Source: Octopus vulgaris
Lineage: Eukaryota
Assembly (NCBI GenBank): GCA_951406725.2
Contig: OX597838.1
Location: 30,256,001-30,320,000, forward strand
Direction of reading: 5' to 3'
Length of the DNA: 64,000 bases
The notes below the pieces were generated by a model. That model ran no database searches. It worked only from the letters and a program-made list of their open reading frames with translations, and had not been told where the DNA came from. How positions within the stretch are numbered: position 1 is the stretch's first letter; each line of letters begins with the position of its first letter. Positions 1 to 14,662 of the stretch are shown piece after piece. Made by a program: the position numbers and the translations under genes.

Positions 1-39
1 ACCCTCTTAGTGTGTACTATTTTTTCTTTCTTTCTTTCT

Positions 40-427
40 TTTCGTTGTTTCAGTCATTTGACTGCAGCCATGCTGGAGCACCGCCTTTAGTCGAGCAAAT
101 CGACCCCGGGACTTATTCTTTGTAAGCCCAGTACTTATTCTATCGGTCTCTTTTTGCCGAACCGCTAAGTGACGGGGACGTAAACACACCAGCATCGGTT
201 GTCAAGCAATGCTAGGGCGACAAACACAGACACACAAACACACATACATATATATATATATACATATATACGACAGGCTTCTTTCAGTTTCCGTCTACCA
301 AATCTACTCACAAGGCATTGGTCGGCCCGGGGCTATAGCAGAAGACACTTGCCCAAGATGCCACGCAGTGGGACTGAACCTGGAACCATGTGGTTGGTTA
401 GCAAGCTACTTACCACACAGCCACTGC
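40..427 (-). mobile_element. tRNA-derived SINE, family 1 (head GGCGCAGGAGTGGCTGTGTGGTAAG..., internal TA/TG microsatellite)
   Basis: Reverse complement of the ~400 bp unit seen at 27649-28014, 36594-36912 and 52418-52826; A-box/B-box-like head (TGGCTGTGTGG...GGTTCAGTCCC). Confidence 0.85.
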
Positions 428-429
428 AC

Positions 430-1175
430 CCCTAAACTCTACCCACTTAGAGGGCAATTTAATTTTTTGTGGCATTCACAGAGGAGGAACGGCGGTACAA
501 CTGACCTTGCAAAGGGTCTTGCAATTCTGGTTGAGTTACAGAAGTTCTCTGCGGATGTCCACATGGCCTTTGAGTGTGCATGTAAGATTTTGTTGTTAAA
601 ATTCATGGGCAATAAACGGATCGTATTTCTACCTTACACAAAATTTCTCTATATATAAAGCTGAAGTTATCTGTGTATGGCAGGTTTAGTACCCTTCAAC
701 TAACACTATCTCCTCTGAGACCCTGCGGCACAAGTTGACCAAAATTGAGAGTATGATAGAAGAAGGCTTGCTCTTCATTCCGTAGAAGATAAAATTCAAA
801 TCGGACCATGTTAACACCAAAAATTATTTACATCAAAAAGGTGCTTTTTTTTCTATGAAAATCCCTATTTTTTACGATTTTTCGACTGTTGCGTCGCCAT
901 TTTGCGGTGTATTTCAACCAGGAAAATGTTCACTTAAAGAGAATAACAAGCTACATAATGCAAAATTTTTACTTTTCAAAAATTTCAATTCTAAAGGGTC
1001 GAAACAAACCCGAGCAACGCCGGGCGATACTGTTAGTATTTAAATATTTTTTAAATACAAAATATCATAAAAATATAATAGGGTTTTATCTAAACATCGA
1101 ATGGCTATGGGAGTTTAGTAGAGTACAATAGAAATCAAAGGGGTCAATAAGCAGAAAAGGGGTTGAGAACCTCTG
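430..1175. mobile_element. degraded hAT (Charlie-like) DNA transposon remnant, interrupted by a Helitron
   Basis: Ends in GGTTGAGAACCTCTG (reverse complement CAGAGGTTCTCAACC, a Charlie-type terminus). The translation FLWHSQ...DLAKGLAILVE loosely resembles the hAT C-terminal dimerisation region. Confidence 0.4.
648..1036 (+). mobile_element. non-autonomous Helitron
   Basis: 5' TC(TATATATAAAG), 3' GC-rich hairpin CCCGAGCAACGCCGGG followed by a CTAG-like end (GTTAG). A second copy lies in inverted orientation at 59206-59555. Confidence 0.7.
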
Positions 1176-2070
1176 GGTCGTACCTCAAAACGAAGCCCTT
1201 CTCTTCACAGCCAATAATTTACTCGTAGGAATTACGGAATTTTTACAACAAAACCATTTATGTGACCCATATGGAAATTTGTATCAGAAGCTTAGCGTGC
1301 ATCGAGGGAAGCCTCTGGTTGGACGCTCTGTTAGTTTGAAATAGCAGCTAAATCTCCCTCAAATTATCCTCTGACTTCTCAAAAACAAAAAGAAAAACAA
1401 TATAGCTTCATATTTTTGATAGTTTAGAAGGGAAGAAAGGCGGTTCCGGTGACCTTTGATCGGGCTTTCGAGACTGGTAGGAGGAACAGAAAGATAGCCG
1501 GAGGGAGGGAAGGAAAAAGGGATTTCCAAACGCGCGTTGGGCTTTGATCTGAAGGTTTGTAACAGAATGGCTAAAGGCACCAAGGATTAAGAGGTTGATG
1601 TTAAACTAAACGTCAGATTAAGCCTAACATTTGAGTAAAGTAGAGTAAGGTTTGAAGTCAGAGATCAGTAGCAGGAACAAACTGCAAAAGACATTTCATT
1701 CAAAGCTCTAACCGCTAAGTTATGTACTACTACTGTTTGGCATAAAGAGGCAGGGTGGTCACGGTTGGAATGTCTCGCACTTTAGGGTACACTCGGTCGG
1801 GCTGCAAAGTGAAAGACGTTCAGAGCTGACACACGGGGATGGACATCATCATCATCATCATCGTCGTCGTCGTCGTCATCATCACCATCATCATTATCAT
1901 CATCATCATCGTCATCGGCGTCCTCGTCGAAAAGATGAACAACAAAGTCGCCTTCGGTACAACTTGAACGTGGAACGTAAAGAACCAGAATAGAAATGTC
2001 GCTTAGTATTTTGTCCGGCTCGGTAACGATTCTGCCAACTCTCCACCTCAATAACAACAACAACAACAAC

Positions 2071-2101
<31 letters not shown>

Positions 2102-2112
2102 GAAATAAAAAT

Positions 2113-2446
2113 GTTCATAGGTGCCCTAGAATGATAGCAAAAGGGGCTGATTGCTACCTAGCTCAGATACCAGGAAACCCCAAAATGGCAGAAATTCAAA
2201 AAATAGTGCTCATGAGAACTGATTATATCCTACGTAAAATACTGTCTATGTAATCTCAAATTTTAAAACAAACTCATAATTTTCTTATGTTTTCTTAAAC
2301 ATTCTCTGGAACAATACTATGTGCAAATCCGAATATATGGCACCCTAGGCATAACACCAACATGAACTTCTAACTTGTTGTCTCTTGAGATCTCTGGGTG
2401 AGACTTGGAGCCAACTTGTACAATTAAAAGTAAAAGTCAACCATAT
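2113..2446 (+). mobile_element. R4/Dong-type non-LTR retrotransposon, extreme 3' fragment
   Basis: Encodes MIAKGADCYLAQIPGNPKMAEIQKIVLMRTDYILRKILSM*; the coding end and 3' UTR closely match the longer copy at 26448-27290; preceded by (AAT)n. Confidence 0.85.
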
Positions 2447-2449
2447 AAT

Positions 2450-2810
2450 AACAAGAGCACTCAGAGAGTGCAAACCTTCACCAAGGTAACACCAACGTCC
2501 TCTCAAAGATTAGCCAGAGATGATTTTTAAAATGAGAATATCTGAAATAAAATTGACTGCTCTCACAAACAAGAATACTAAAAATGAACCCGACCGCTCT
2601 CAAAAATTAAAGAAAAAACTGGAAAAATAATCCAGAATCCTTGTCCAGTACCAGAACGATCCTAAAATCTAATAAGTTTGTACCAGTCATAAGGCCCAGC
2701 ATCCCTGAAAGTTTCATCCAAATCTGTCCAGCGGTTCTTGAGATATCTTGTCCATGGACAAACAAACACGACTGAAAACAATACCTCGGCCTTCGCCAAG
2801 GAGGAGGTAA
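2450..2810. mobile_element. non-autonomous DNA element, Helentron/HINE-like
   Basis: Starts ACAAGAGCAC, contains AAGTTTCATCCAAATCTGTCCAGCGGTTCTTGAGAT, ends with a short hairpin and GGAGGTAA. Family assignment is by resemblance only. Confidence 0.35.
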
Positions 2811-2831
2811 TAATAATAATAATAATAACAA

Positions 2832-4650
2832 TACATCAAAGGAGGCATCTTTCAAGGTGACTTCCTCTCCTCATTACTCTTTTGCATGGCACAGATGTCA
2901 CTCTCAAACGAATTGAGTAACACCAGGTATGGGTTCAAAATGTATAATATTATAGTAAATCTTCTGCTTTATATGGACGATCTGAAGCTGTTTGCTAGAA
3001 ATGACGAAGAGCTTGTAGGGCCGATAACAACTGTTAAAGAGTTCAGCACTGACATCGGGATGGATTTTGGCCTTGGTAAGTGAGCTAAGCAACTTTTGTA
3101 AGAGGCAAGCTCAGGAAAACAGCTTCCATTAAATTAGATACTGACACTACCATCAAGGAGCCTGACCCACAAGAAAGCGATAAAGATTTGAATATAAACG
3201 AAGGAGATGGTATACAACATGCTTCTATGAAGGAAAAAATACGAAAGGAATATTACAGAAGAATACGACTCATACTAAAGACTGAACTCAACTCCAAAAA
3301 TCGCATGGATGCCATTAACACCCTGGCACTTCCAGTAGTCCGATATAGCTTTAACACCATTAACTGGAATCTTACAGATTTCCAACGCCTGGACAGGAAG
3401 ACAAGAAAACTACTTACTTCTAAGAACATACACCACGCAAAAGCAGACGTTGATCGTCTGTACCTACCTAGAAGTAATGGGGAAAGAGGAATGATGCAGG
3501 TGGAACTGTGCTACAAGACCTCCACAATAGAAATGAACAAACACTTATTTAGTACAGGGGACTGGATGTCGTGGTTTGCGTACAATCACGAAAGCAACAA
3601 AAAAATCACATTCTATTGTCAAAGAAGCTTGCAAGTTCGCAACCCTGAATTCGCATTAACCCTGAATTAGATGAAGAATCTGAAAAAAAAAAAATCAAAA
3701 CGGATCAAATACTGCAAAAAAAGAACGGACAGAAACAAATTGAGGAGGGATGGAGCCAGAAGCTTCTGCAGGAATAGTATATACTTCGAAGTTGAAATGC
3801 TGATGTAGATCAAGCAACAACCCATCAGTAGCAAAGAAATTCAGGACTGAAAGCAAAGACTGAAGGTTTCATATTGGCGGCTACCAATAACTTCCAGGCT
3901 AACGTTCTTCAAAACGGTTATGACCCTAAATGCAGATTCAGTTTGATGAAACAATAGACCATCTCGTTTCGGGATGTCCTGTACTGACACCAAACGAATA
4001 CAAAAATCGCTACGATAGGGTATGACATTGGAAAATATGTAAACACTACAAAATCAGCCATCCTGCTTACTGGTATGAACATCATCCTGAGCCAGTCGTT
4101 GAAGGTAACAATGTTACCATCATCTGGAATTTTCCAGTCAACATCGACAGAACGATTCAGGCTAATCGACCATATATATTCATTAAAGACAGAGAAAAAA
4201 ATATTTGTAGACTAACGGATGTAAGTGTTCCCACTGATAAAAATATGTCCGTAAAGGAATTTGACAAATTAGATAAATATATGGACCGGGAAATACAAAA
4301 AAATGTGGTATCTTAAAGCATCTTGTGGTATCTTAAAGTATCTTGTTATTGTAGGTGCCCTAGGTATGATAAAAAAGGGACGTCAGAAACATCTTCATTA
4401 TATCCCAGGAGAACCATGTTTCAGAGAAATCCAAAAGATTGTGCTGACAAGTACTGCCCACATCCTCAGAAAAACCCTACCAATTTAAATGTGTGTGTTG
4501 TATTACATGAAGATATCTCTCTGCTGCCTCCGATGCTTGCCGTCCCTAAGCTTTCAGTCATATTGTAACATTTTTATCCTTCACTCGCCCTAGGACGTTG
4601 AATGTGTTTCGGCAAGTGATTGTAACAGACATGCATATTAAAAGTAAATA
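2832..4650 (+). pseudogene. 5'-truncated, frameshifted R4/Dong-type LINE (RT C-terminal half, zinc knuckle, restriction-like endonuclease)
   Basis: IFQGDxLSSL-like motif, LLYMDDLKLF (RT catalytic YxDD), KEYYRRIRLILKTELNSKN, RLYLPRSNGERG, C-x2-...-ETIDHLVSGC knuckle, NRP-x-I...DV..P endonuclease motif, VGALG...IQKIVLTSTAHILRK end. Multiple stops and frameshifts; flanked by (AAT/AAC)n. Confidence 0.9.
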
Positions 4651-4676
4651 ACAATAACAACAACAACAATAATAAT

Positions 4677-5194
4677 ATGCCCTGATGCAGTGTCAGGCAG
4701 TGGCTCTCATGGCCTCTGATCTTAACTGATTGGAAGTGTTCTCATATACATGTTTTGTCTTGGTATAAAAGATGGGCTACAGCAAATATTCTGCTCAATA
4801 CCACAGATTTGCTTGTTAGTTGTTTGACCATAACCAGTTGACCATGTCCCTTTGTGGCTGACGATATGTGCATCTCTGATCATGAGCAGAAGTAATAGGG
4901 GGGCATCGTAGCCATATATTGAGGGGAATTCTTTGGGGTTCGAATAATTCATATGGTGGTTTCATTCAACATCCTTAAATAAACTTTATTCAGGGACCTT
5001 TTGAGAAGGATGGGTTACTCGACCAGAAGAAAATTCTAACTGGGCCCCCACCTGTATGGTGGTGTACTGTTTATCTTGGTTGTGATGCATGTGACTAGTG
5101 TACCTTATCAGACGGGTAGTCATGATGGGTATATTAGTTCTTCGTATATTTATACCCCAGTGTCACTTTGATGGCATGCGCTGCTCTCTCACTC
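4677..5194 (+). mobile_element. ~520-560 bp non-coding interspersed element that occurs inside (TAA)n tracts
   Basis: Same sequence (ATGCCCTGATGCAG...GGCATGCGCTGCTCTCTC) recurs inverted at 7529-8090, 10942-11510 and 29724-30267, with fragments at 9038-9228 and 28660-28748. Confidence 0.85.
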
Positions 5195-5243
5195 AATAAT
5201 AACAATAATAATAATAATGATAATAATAATAATAATGATAATA

Positions 5244-5296
<53 letters not shown>

Positions 5297-5904
5297 AAAG
5301 GCCAAACAAAAAACAAACAAGCACACTACAATACAAAAGAGAAAAGAGGGGTTTGGCACACAATGTTAAGTATAAAATTAAAAAAAACAATTTATAAAAT
5401 TAAGCAATAAAAAAATAACGTTGCTATTATTTCAAATTCTGGCACAAGGCGAGTAATTTTTGAGAGGAGGGGCATTGTTTGAATTGCTTCCAATATAAAC
5501 ATAAGGCTTAAATAAATGACAACGATTCTAATTTTGACCTGATATTTGGGTGGGAGCGTCAGTCGAATATATCGGCCCCCAGTGCACCACTGGTACATAT
5601 TTTATCGACCCCCTGAAAGAATGAAAAGCAATGTCCGTTTCGCCAGAACTTGAACTCGGAACTTAAATAATCGGAAGAAATGTCTTCAGGCGTTTTGTTC
5701 GACGCGCCAGCCATTCTGCTGTCTCTATGCCCTAATAATGGTAATAATAATCCTTTTTACCGTAAGCACAAGGGATGAAGCCTTTTTTTTTAAGAGGAGA
5801 AAAGGGCTAGACGACCCCAGTGCATAACTGGTACTTATTTCATCGATCCTAAAAGAATGAAAGGCAAAGTCGCTCTCGGCAAAATTCGAACTCACAACTT
5901 AAAG

Positions 5905-6350
<446 letters not shown>

Positions 6351-6644
6351 TAACAGTATAAATATAAATAATGAGTAAAAATAACACTTGTTTGTGAATA
6401 TAAGGAGTGGAACTGCAAACAAATGCTTTAATTAAAAAATAAAACAAACTCACATATGTTAATTGAGGTGTAATTAAGTTAATTTTGTAGTCATGCTCAT
6501 CTTGGTCGTAATGACAGCTGATCTGGTGGATGTGGGTTCCAGCCCAACATTCCCCAGTTGAGTTTCTGTGTAGCGGCATTTTTTTTTTATCGGACGGGGA
6601 GGCATCGTTCGTCGCTGTCGCCGTCACCGCCGACGCCCGTCGTC

Positions 6645-6646
6645 AA

Positions 6647-6677
<31 letters not shown>

Positions 6678-6798
6678 GTCATCATCATCATCATCATCGT
6701 CATCGTCGTCATCGTCGTCGTCGTCATCATCATCATCGTCGTCGTCGTCATGATCATCATCATCATCATCATCATCATCCTCATTATCATCATCATCA

Positions 6799-6846
<48 letters not shown>

Positions 6847-6860
6847 TCGTCATCATCATC

Positions 6861-6892
<32 letters not shown>

Positions 6893-6930
6893 CATCGTCA
6901 TCGTCGTCGTCGTCATGGTCGTCGTCATGG
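6645..6930. repeat. (CAT/CGT)n microsatellite
   Basis: Directly visible; source of the poly-H/D ORFs. Confidence 0.95.
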
Positions 6931-7151
6931 AAGTCAATGAAGAAGCCTCTGTGCGGGTGCGACTGACCTACCAGAAATAGCAAGCAAATCCCCTCGAATT
7001 TTACCATGCCACTTTAAAAGAGGAAAGGGCGCGTTCGATTATCAATTGTTAGGAATGTATAAAGGATTGGAATGTCATGGTTGGAACACCCTTCATCGCG
7101 TGTCATGAATAACAAAGTAGTAGTAATAGCAAAAGTCGTAACAATATTATT

Positions 7152-7222
<71 letters not shown>

Positions 7223-7466
7223 GAAGGTGGCAAGCTGGTAAAAACGTTAGTACGCCGGGCGAAACGCTTGGCTGGTATTTCGTCTGTCTTTACGTTCTGA
7301 GTTCAAATTCTGCTGAGGTCGACTTTGCCTTTCATCCTTTCGGGGTCGATAAATTAAGTACCAGTTACGTACTGGGGTCGATCTAATCGACTGGCCCGCT
7401 ATCCTCAAATTTCAGGTCTTGTACCTATAGAGGAAAGGATTATTATTATTGTTATTATCATCATCA

Positions 7467-7528
<62 letters not shown>

Positions 7529-8087
7529 GTGTGAGAGAGAGAGAGCAGCGCATGCCATCAAAGTGACACTGGAGTAAAATATACGAAGTCAGTATACCCA
7601 TCATGACTACCCGTCTGACAAGGGTACACCAGGCACATACATCACAACCATTTGTGCGCGACATGGTGACCTCATATCAAGGAAAACAGCGGATGACCTT
7701 GCAAATGGAGCCCAGTTACAAGTTTCTTGTGCTTGAGTAGCCCATCCCGCTCAAATGGTCCTTAAATAAAGATTTTTTGAGGATGTTGAATGAAACATCC
7801 ATGTTTCCAGAGGTGAATTATTTAAACTCCAAAGAATTCCTCTCAACACATGGCTATGATGCTCCCCCACTACTTCTGCTTGTGATCAGAGATTCACATA
7901 TCGTCAGTCACTAAGGGACATGCTCAACTGGTTAAGGTCAAACAACTGACGAGCAAATCTGAGGGATTGAGCAGAATATTTGCTGTATCCCATCTTTTAT
8001 AACAAGACAAAACAATGTACATGATAACACTTCCAATCAGTTAAGATCAGAAGCCACGAGAGCCACTGCCTGGTACTGCATCAGAGC

Positions 8088-8100
<13 letters not shown>
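6930..8100. repeat. local duplication, copy 1 (copy 2 at 10616-11520)
   Basis: Shared flank GAAGTCAA(T/C)GAAGAAGCCTCTGTGCGGGTGCGACTGACC...AAAAGTCGTAACAATATT followed by the TAA-associated element. Copy 1 has an extra SINE at 7224-7437. Confidence 0.85.
7224..7437 (+). mobile_element. MetaSINE-type tRNA-derived SINE (family 3)
   Basis: Head GCTGG...GAGTTCAAATTC followed by GCCTTTCATCCTTTCGGGGTCGATAAATTAAGTACC, which resembles the Meta domain. Confidence 0.8.
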
Positions 8101-8127
<27 letters not shown>

Positions 8128-8129
8128 TT

Positions 8130-8176
<47 letters not shown>

Positions 8177-8180
8177 GGTG

Positions 8181-8322
<142 letters not shown>

Positions 8323-9531
8323 CTGTAATGCTAGTAGTAGTAGGCGGAGGGGATGGAGGAGGATGTGGAGGGGATGGAGGAGGAGGGGGAAGGGTGGAGG
8401 AGGAGGTGGAGGAGAAGGAGAAGAAGAAAACCGCAACCATTCCGTCTTTTTCCAGACATCGTATATTCATGACTGCATTATCGAATGTGTCTTTTCATTC
8501 TTTTGAGAAGGTAGACCATGATTTTGTCAGTAGGGAGCGGTGGCTGCTATTTCCAACAAGACGGATGACTATGTGGAAGCCCCTTCATTGATGAGTGCGA
8601 TTGTTGTGTTACGACACTCGGGTTAATCCATCATAATGAAATATGCCGCCTTTTTAACCCATCATAACGGTAGATGTCACCAGATTTATCAGATAAATTT
8701 ATTGCGTTCAGACGTGTCTCCACCACGAATCGCAATTGTGACACTTAACAGTTACAAGACATAAATAGATCAGTTGATGGAGTGCTGAACGGTTAAAGTG
8801 GAGTTTGGATATTTATTTTTTAAATCAAGCCTAACAATCAAATCTGAAACCTGAAGGCATTTTGCTACGTTACAAGACAAAACCTTTTCCAGCAGACATT
8901 TAATGAAACGCATAGCTCGATAGAAAATCTCTATAAGAGATTAAAGTAGTAGCTGCACCGAGAAGTAATGTTTGTCATCACTCCAATATGGCTGTTCCGT
9001 ACCAACCGACGTGACTAACATTTTTAACTTCAAAAGGAGGTAGTTGAATGAAACACCCATGTTTCCAGAGGTGAATTATTTAAACTCTAAAGAATTCCTC
9101 TCAACACATGGCTATGATGCTCCCCCATAACTTCTGCTCGTGATCAGAGATGCACATATCATCAGCAACTAAGGGACATGCTCAACTGGTTAAGGTCAAA
9201 CAACTGACAAGCAAATCTGTGGTTATTGATGCAATTTGCACCCGATTTATATTGCAAGTAGGGTGGTTCTGTTAGGTCACTAGATGCTGATAGGGGTGTC
9301 GCTCACCTGCTTGAAATATATATCGGGAGTAGATTGCATCGATAACCAGCTAGAGGGGGCATTCTCTTGGCATTAAAAATGGTAGTAGCGTCGTTACGTA
9401 CGAAACAGCCATGTTGAAGTGGCAACAAAACATTACTTCTGAATACAAAAATACAAAATAACTCGGGAAATAAACAATCGATCACATAATCTCCAGGTGA
9501 TACATACATACATACATACATACATACATCG

Positions 9532-9915
9532 TGGAGGCGCAATGGCCCAGTGGTTAGGGCAGCGGACTCGCGGTCGTAGGATCGCGGTTTCGATTCCCAG
9601 ACCGGGCGTTGTGAGTGTTTATTGAGCGAAAACACCGAAAAAGCTCCACGAGGTTCCGGCAGGGATGGTGGTGATCCCTGCTGTACTCTTTCACCACAAC
9701 TTTCTCTCACTCTTACTTCCTGTTTCTGTTGTACCTGCATTTCAAAGGGCCGACCTTGTCACTCTCTGTGTCACGCTGAATATCCCCGAGAACTACGTTA
9801 AGGGTACACGTGTCTGTGGAGTGCTCAGCCACTTACACGTTAATTTCACGAGCAGGCTGTTCCGTTGATCGGATCAACCGGAACCCTCGTCGTCATAACC
9901 GACGGAGTGCTTCCA
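9532..9915 (+). mobile_element. tRNA-derived SINE, family 2 (head GGAGGCGCAATGGCCCAGTGGTTAGGGCAGCGGACTCGCGGTCG)
   Basis: A box TGGCCCAGTGG and B-box-like GTTTCGATTCC; inserted in (TACA)n. Copies at 37678-38065, 41537-41921(-) and 59560-59943. Confidence 0.85.
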
Positions 9916-10869
9916 TCCACATACATACATACATACATACATACATACATACATACATACATACATACATACATACATACATACATACATACATACATAC
10001 ATACATACATACATGACGGCTGTCCCCTCGTTATCGAGTATGGCCATTGCACGAGGCTTAACTGTTATTGGTGCTGTGATCGAATGTGAATTTTATTTGC
10101 TTTTTAAGGCTACAGCCAGCTATTCAGTTGAGACTCACAGCACCATCAACAATCATGAACAATGTTGTTATCGTGCAATGCCTGCGCAGGAAGATTTTTT
10201 TTTAAAGTGAGGAAAGGCTGTGCACCGAGTCAATCCCACTCACTAAGCAACAGCAGCCACAATCCGATATGAAGAACAAGTCAACATCATCGGTAACCAC
10301 TGAGCCGCAGGTTTTATGTCGGACTTATCCCAGTTACCTGAGTTACGTTCTCCTAGAAGGTTGCCCTAACAAGGGCTAGGTGTCCTTCGCTTCCAATGGC
10401 TTAACCGCGCGATCGGGTATTCAGTCCGATTATTTCTATGTCCCCGCCCATGATATAGCCTTAAGCCTTAAGAAAGAAAAATACACATTTATTGGATGGC
10501 CGTTGACTCCCAAGAGTTCCTCCGCCCTTTGACGGGATTTGTTTTTCATCCTGCAGGGTGTCCAATAAACATCCTCCTCACCAAGCAAGCTTCGTCATCG
10601 TCGTCGTCGTCATCATTGAAGTCAACGAAGAAGCCTCTGTGCGGGTGCGACTGACCTACCAGAAATAGCAACCAAATCCCCTCGAATTTTACCATGCCAC
10701 TTTAAAAGAAGAAAGGGCACGTTCGATTATAAATTGTTAGGAATGTATAAAGGATTGGAATGTCATGGTTGGAACACCCTTCATCGCGTGTCATGAATAA
10801 CAAAGTAGTAGTAATAGCAAAAGTCGTAACAATATTATTAATATTATTGTTATTATTATTATTGTTATT

Positions 10870-10901
<32 letters not shown>

Positions 10902-10906
10902 TATTA

Positions 10907-10941
<35 letters not shown>

Positions 10942-11508
10942 GGGTGAGAGAGAGAGAGAGAGAGAGCAGCGCATGCCATCAAAGTGACACTGGGGTAAAA
11001 TATACGAAGTCAGTATACCCATCATGACTACCCGTCTGACAAGGGTATACCAGGAACATGCATCACAACCATATGTGCGCGACATGGTGATCTCATATCA
11101 AGGTAAACAGCACATGACCTTGCAGGTGGAGCCCAGTTACAAGTTTCTTGTGCTTGAGTAGCCCATCCCGCTCAAATGGTCCTTGAATAAAGATTTTTTG
11201 AGGTAGTTGAATGAAACACCCATGTTTCCAGAGGTGAATTATTTAAACTCTAAAGAATTTCTCTCAACACATGGCTATGATGCTCCCCCACTACTTCTGC
11301 TTGTGATCAGAGATGCACATATCGTCAGCCACTAAGGGACATGCTCAACTGGTTAAGGTCAAACAACTGACAAGCAAATCTGTGGTATTGAGCAGAATAT
11401 TTGCTGTATCCCATCTTTTATACTAAGGCAAAACAATGTATATGATAACACTTCCAATCAGTTAAGATCAGAAGCCACGAGAGCCACTGCCTGTTACTGC
11501 ATCAGAGC

Positions 11509-11591
<83 letters not shown>

Positions 11592-11596
<5 letters not shown>

Positions 11597-11832
11597 TAGT
11601 TTTATTTTTATAGCGTGCTTTCACTTCACTACCGAGCGCAGCTCTGTGTGCCTTGGGTATGTGCTGTGATTTGTTGTGATGCTCTGATGGTTATTGTATG
11701 GAAAGTGTTCTGCGTAGGATGTGTGCAGTGCCTAGTAGTGCAATTTTCTGTATGTTATATGTGTTTGTAAGTCCTGGTGTTTTTGTTATGTATTTGTCTG
11801 AATATTTTTTTATCATGCCTAATGCACCTACT
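11592..11832 (-). mobile_element. R4/Dong-type LINE 3' fragment (distinct subfamily)
   Basis: Encodes IVGALGMIKKYSDKYITKTPGLTNTYNIQKIALLGTAHILRRTLSIQ*; (TAA)n on both sides of the element's sense strand. Confidence 0.85.
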
Positions 11833-11848
11833 ATATTATTATTATTAA

Positions 11849-11952
<104 letters not shown>

Positions 11953-11955
11953 GTT

Positions 11956-12001
<46 letters not shown>

Positions 12002-13654
12002 AAATATATATCGAGGGTAGATTGCATTGATAACAATAAAGATATATATATATATATATATCTTTATTGTTATATTTCGGAATGGTCATTTTGCCAGTTT
12101 AGCCAATAAAATCACACGCACTATATATTCGGTGTTACTTTGCTTCAGTGTTATTTATTTTTTACATTAATCTTAATCTTATTTCGGACACACTCCTGTG
12201 ACCGCATCAGTGGTCCTTTGTTTTCTTCTTTCTTATTTGTGCCTCTCCTTACTAACCGTCAGCCATTTTGTATTTCTATTGTATGTCTTCATTTGCGCAT
12301 GCTTATATCTTTATGTGCGTCTATGTTTATTTAGTGTGTGTGGGGGGATGTCTGTAATATTTGTATCTTCTGTTTATATACGTTCATGTAATTTGTTTTT
12401 GTTGTTGATTTTGTTTATTCTTATTTTGTTCATGTGTTTACATCCCTTTATTATCATCATTACATATGCTTGTATGTATTTATGTATGTATAACAACAAT
12501 ACTAGTAATAATAATAATTAAAAAAAAAATATATATATATATAGTTATTTATTTCTATTTGTTTACTTATCTGTGTATTTATTATGTTACAGGATCCACT
12601 ATTGTCATATGTTGTGGTGTGTGCTAGTGTTCCATTCTAGTTTTCTATTCAGGCTAGGTTTATTTTCTATTATGTGTGTAGCTTCTTTTGTAAAGAATAT
12701 ATATTCACAGTCACACACATGTGCGTGTATAGATATGTAGATATATATAAATGCATTGTTATCTCTTTCTACTATAAATATAAGTGTGTGTGTGTGTGTG
12801 AGTGATGTATGCATGTGCATGTGTGCATGGGGTATGCGTGTACGTGTTTATTTGTTTGTGTGTGTGTACGTGTGCGTGTGTGTGTGTGTGTGTGTGCAAG
12901 TGCATGTGTGTGCGTGCGGGTATACGTATACGTGTTTGTTTGTGTGTGTGTGTACGTGTGCATGTGCGTGTGTGTGTGTGTGGAATGTGTGATTGTGCGT
13001 GTGTGTGCGTGCGGGTATGTATGTACGTGTGTGTGTGTGTGTGTGTGTGCGTGTGTGTGTGGATATCTTTTACATTTTGCTTGTTCCCGCCACTGCACTT
13101 GAAGGGTTTCAGTGAAACAAATCGACCTCAGTACTCATTTTCCTAAAATCTCTATCAGCATTCTTTTGTCGAACCTCTAAGTTACATAAGCGCAAAAGAA
13201 AAAACAAAAACAACCTACACTGGTTATCAAGTTGTGGTGGTGGTGGTGTTGGTGGTGGTGTTAGTTGTGGTGGTGGTGGTGGTGGTGGTGTTGGTTGTGG
13301 TGGTGGTGGTGGTGTTGGTGTTGGTTGTGGTGGTGGTGGTGGTGGTGGTTGTGGTGGTGGTGGTGGTGTTGGTGTTGGTTGTGGTGTTGGTGGTGGTGGT
13401 GGTGGTAGTGGTGGTGGTGGAGACAAACACAAGGACACACACACGCAGAGACTGACACAGGTCGTTAGGTTGGGTGGTGAAAGCACGCGTTAAATAAATA
13501 AAACTAATTAGATGATTGTTCCATTTATCAATAATACTCTGTGTGTGTGTATGAGTGTGAATGTGTGTATGTGATTAAAATATTTGCAGCTCCAACAGTT
13601 CCAACTGTAACCTTATTAGTTTCGTTTTGTAATCACAAAGATCACACCAGATCT

Positions 13655-13900
13655 ACGAGGGGTGGGGTGGGGGTGGGGGTGCTGAAAAGTTGCCGGTTTT
13701 GGGGTAAAAAGGAAATACAGGAAGGTCAGTTACGTTTTTATTCAGCGTATTCCCATTCTCAGATTCCCATACTTATTGCGGCGGTCCTTCAGTTTTTTTC
13801 CTGAACCCAGTAAAAGAACTCGGAAGGGTGAGCCCCGAACAAGACTTTTTCAAAATACATTTAAAGCCAGAAGCTTTACAGCACTCTCCCCACTCCGTGT
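13655..13900. mobile_element. mariner-type MITE (related copy at ~14715-14930)
   Basis: Terminal inverted repeats GGGGTGCTGAAAAGTT...CTTT(A/T)CAGCAC; internal sequence shared between the two copies. Confidence 0.65.
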
Positions 13901-13922
13901 CTATATGATATATACATACATA

Positions 13923-13996
<74 letters not shown>

Positions 13997-14042
13997 TATA
14001 ATGATAAATCTCAGAGCGAGTTATAAACAGTAGCGGTAACAC

Positions 14043-14286
14043 ATCGTGACGCATATTTGCGTCGACAACCATGATTGTCACACGCTGATGATAGGTAAAC
14101 ACTTTGAAACTCGAGTCCGTGTGTATCATGAGTTGAAGACGGGGAAGATGACTTCCCTTCACAAATACTGAGAGGACACAGATAGTGTGTCTATAGCCAG
14201 CTGGAGGAGATATCTTCCTGGGGCTACAAACTACAGTAGCATCCACCCTTAGGGGTTAGCCATATTCAAATGTCAAATATGCGTCA

Positions 14287-14290
<4 letters not shown>
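14043..14290. mobile_element. MITE with 17 bp terminal inverted repeats
   Basis: ATCGTGACGCATATTTG ... CAAATATGCGTCACGAT, a perfect inverted pair, followed by (TA)n. Confidence 0.7.
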
Positions 14291-14324
<34 letters not shown>

Positions 14325-14505
14325 ATAATAAGAAAGGATAAAATTAATTAATTAAGAAGTAATCAATAAATTTCACCAAGTAGAATTCGGTATGAAAACA
14401 GTATTATGGTTTCTCTGGAAGACCCTTTTTTGGCTAAGATTTTTGGCTGCTATTTCTGAACTTCGGTGTGTGGTGAGGCAATTCTTTGCTGAACCCTTTT
14501 TATTA

Positions 14506-14662
<157 letters not shown>

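Noticed and set aside
482-581. Exon-like segment (CAG|...|GTAAG) reading RRNGGTTDLAKGLAILVELQKFSADVHMAFECA
   Set aside because: Lies in what appears to be a hAT remnant ending at ~1175 and no partner exon was found nearby; it cannot be fully excluded without RNA-seq.
9532-9605. tRNA-like sequences at SINE heads (also 37490, 37678, 51414, 59560, 63134)
   Set aside because: They continue into shared SINE bodies and lack a proper acceptor stem; not tRNA genes.
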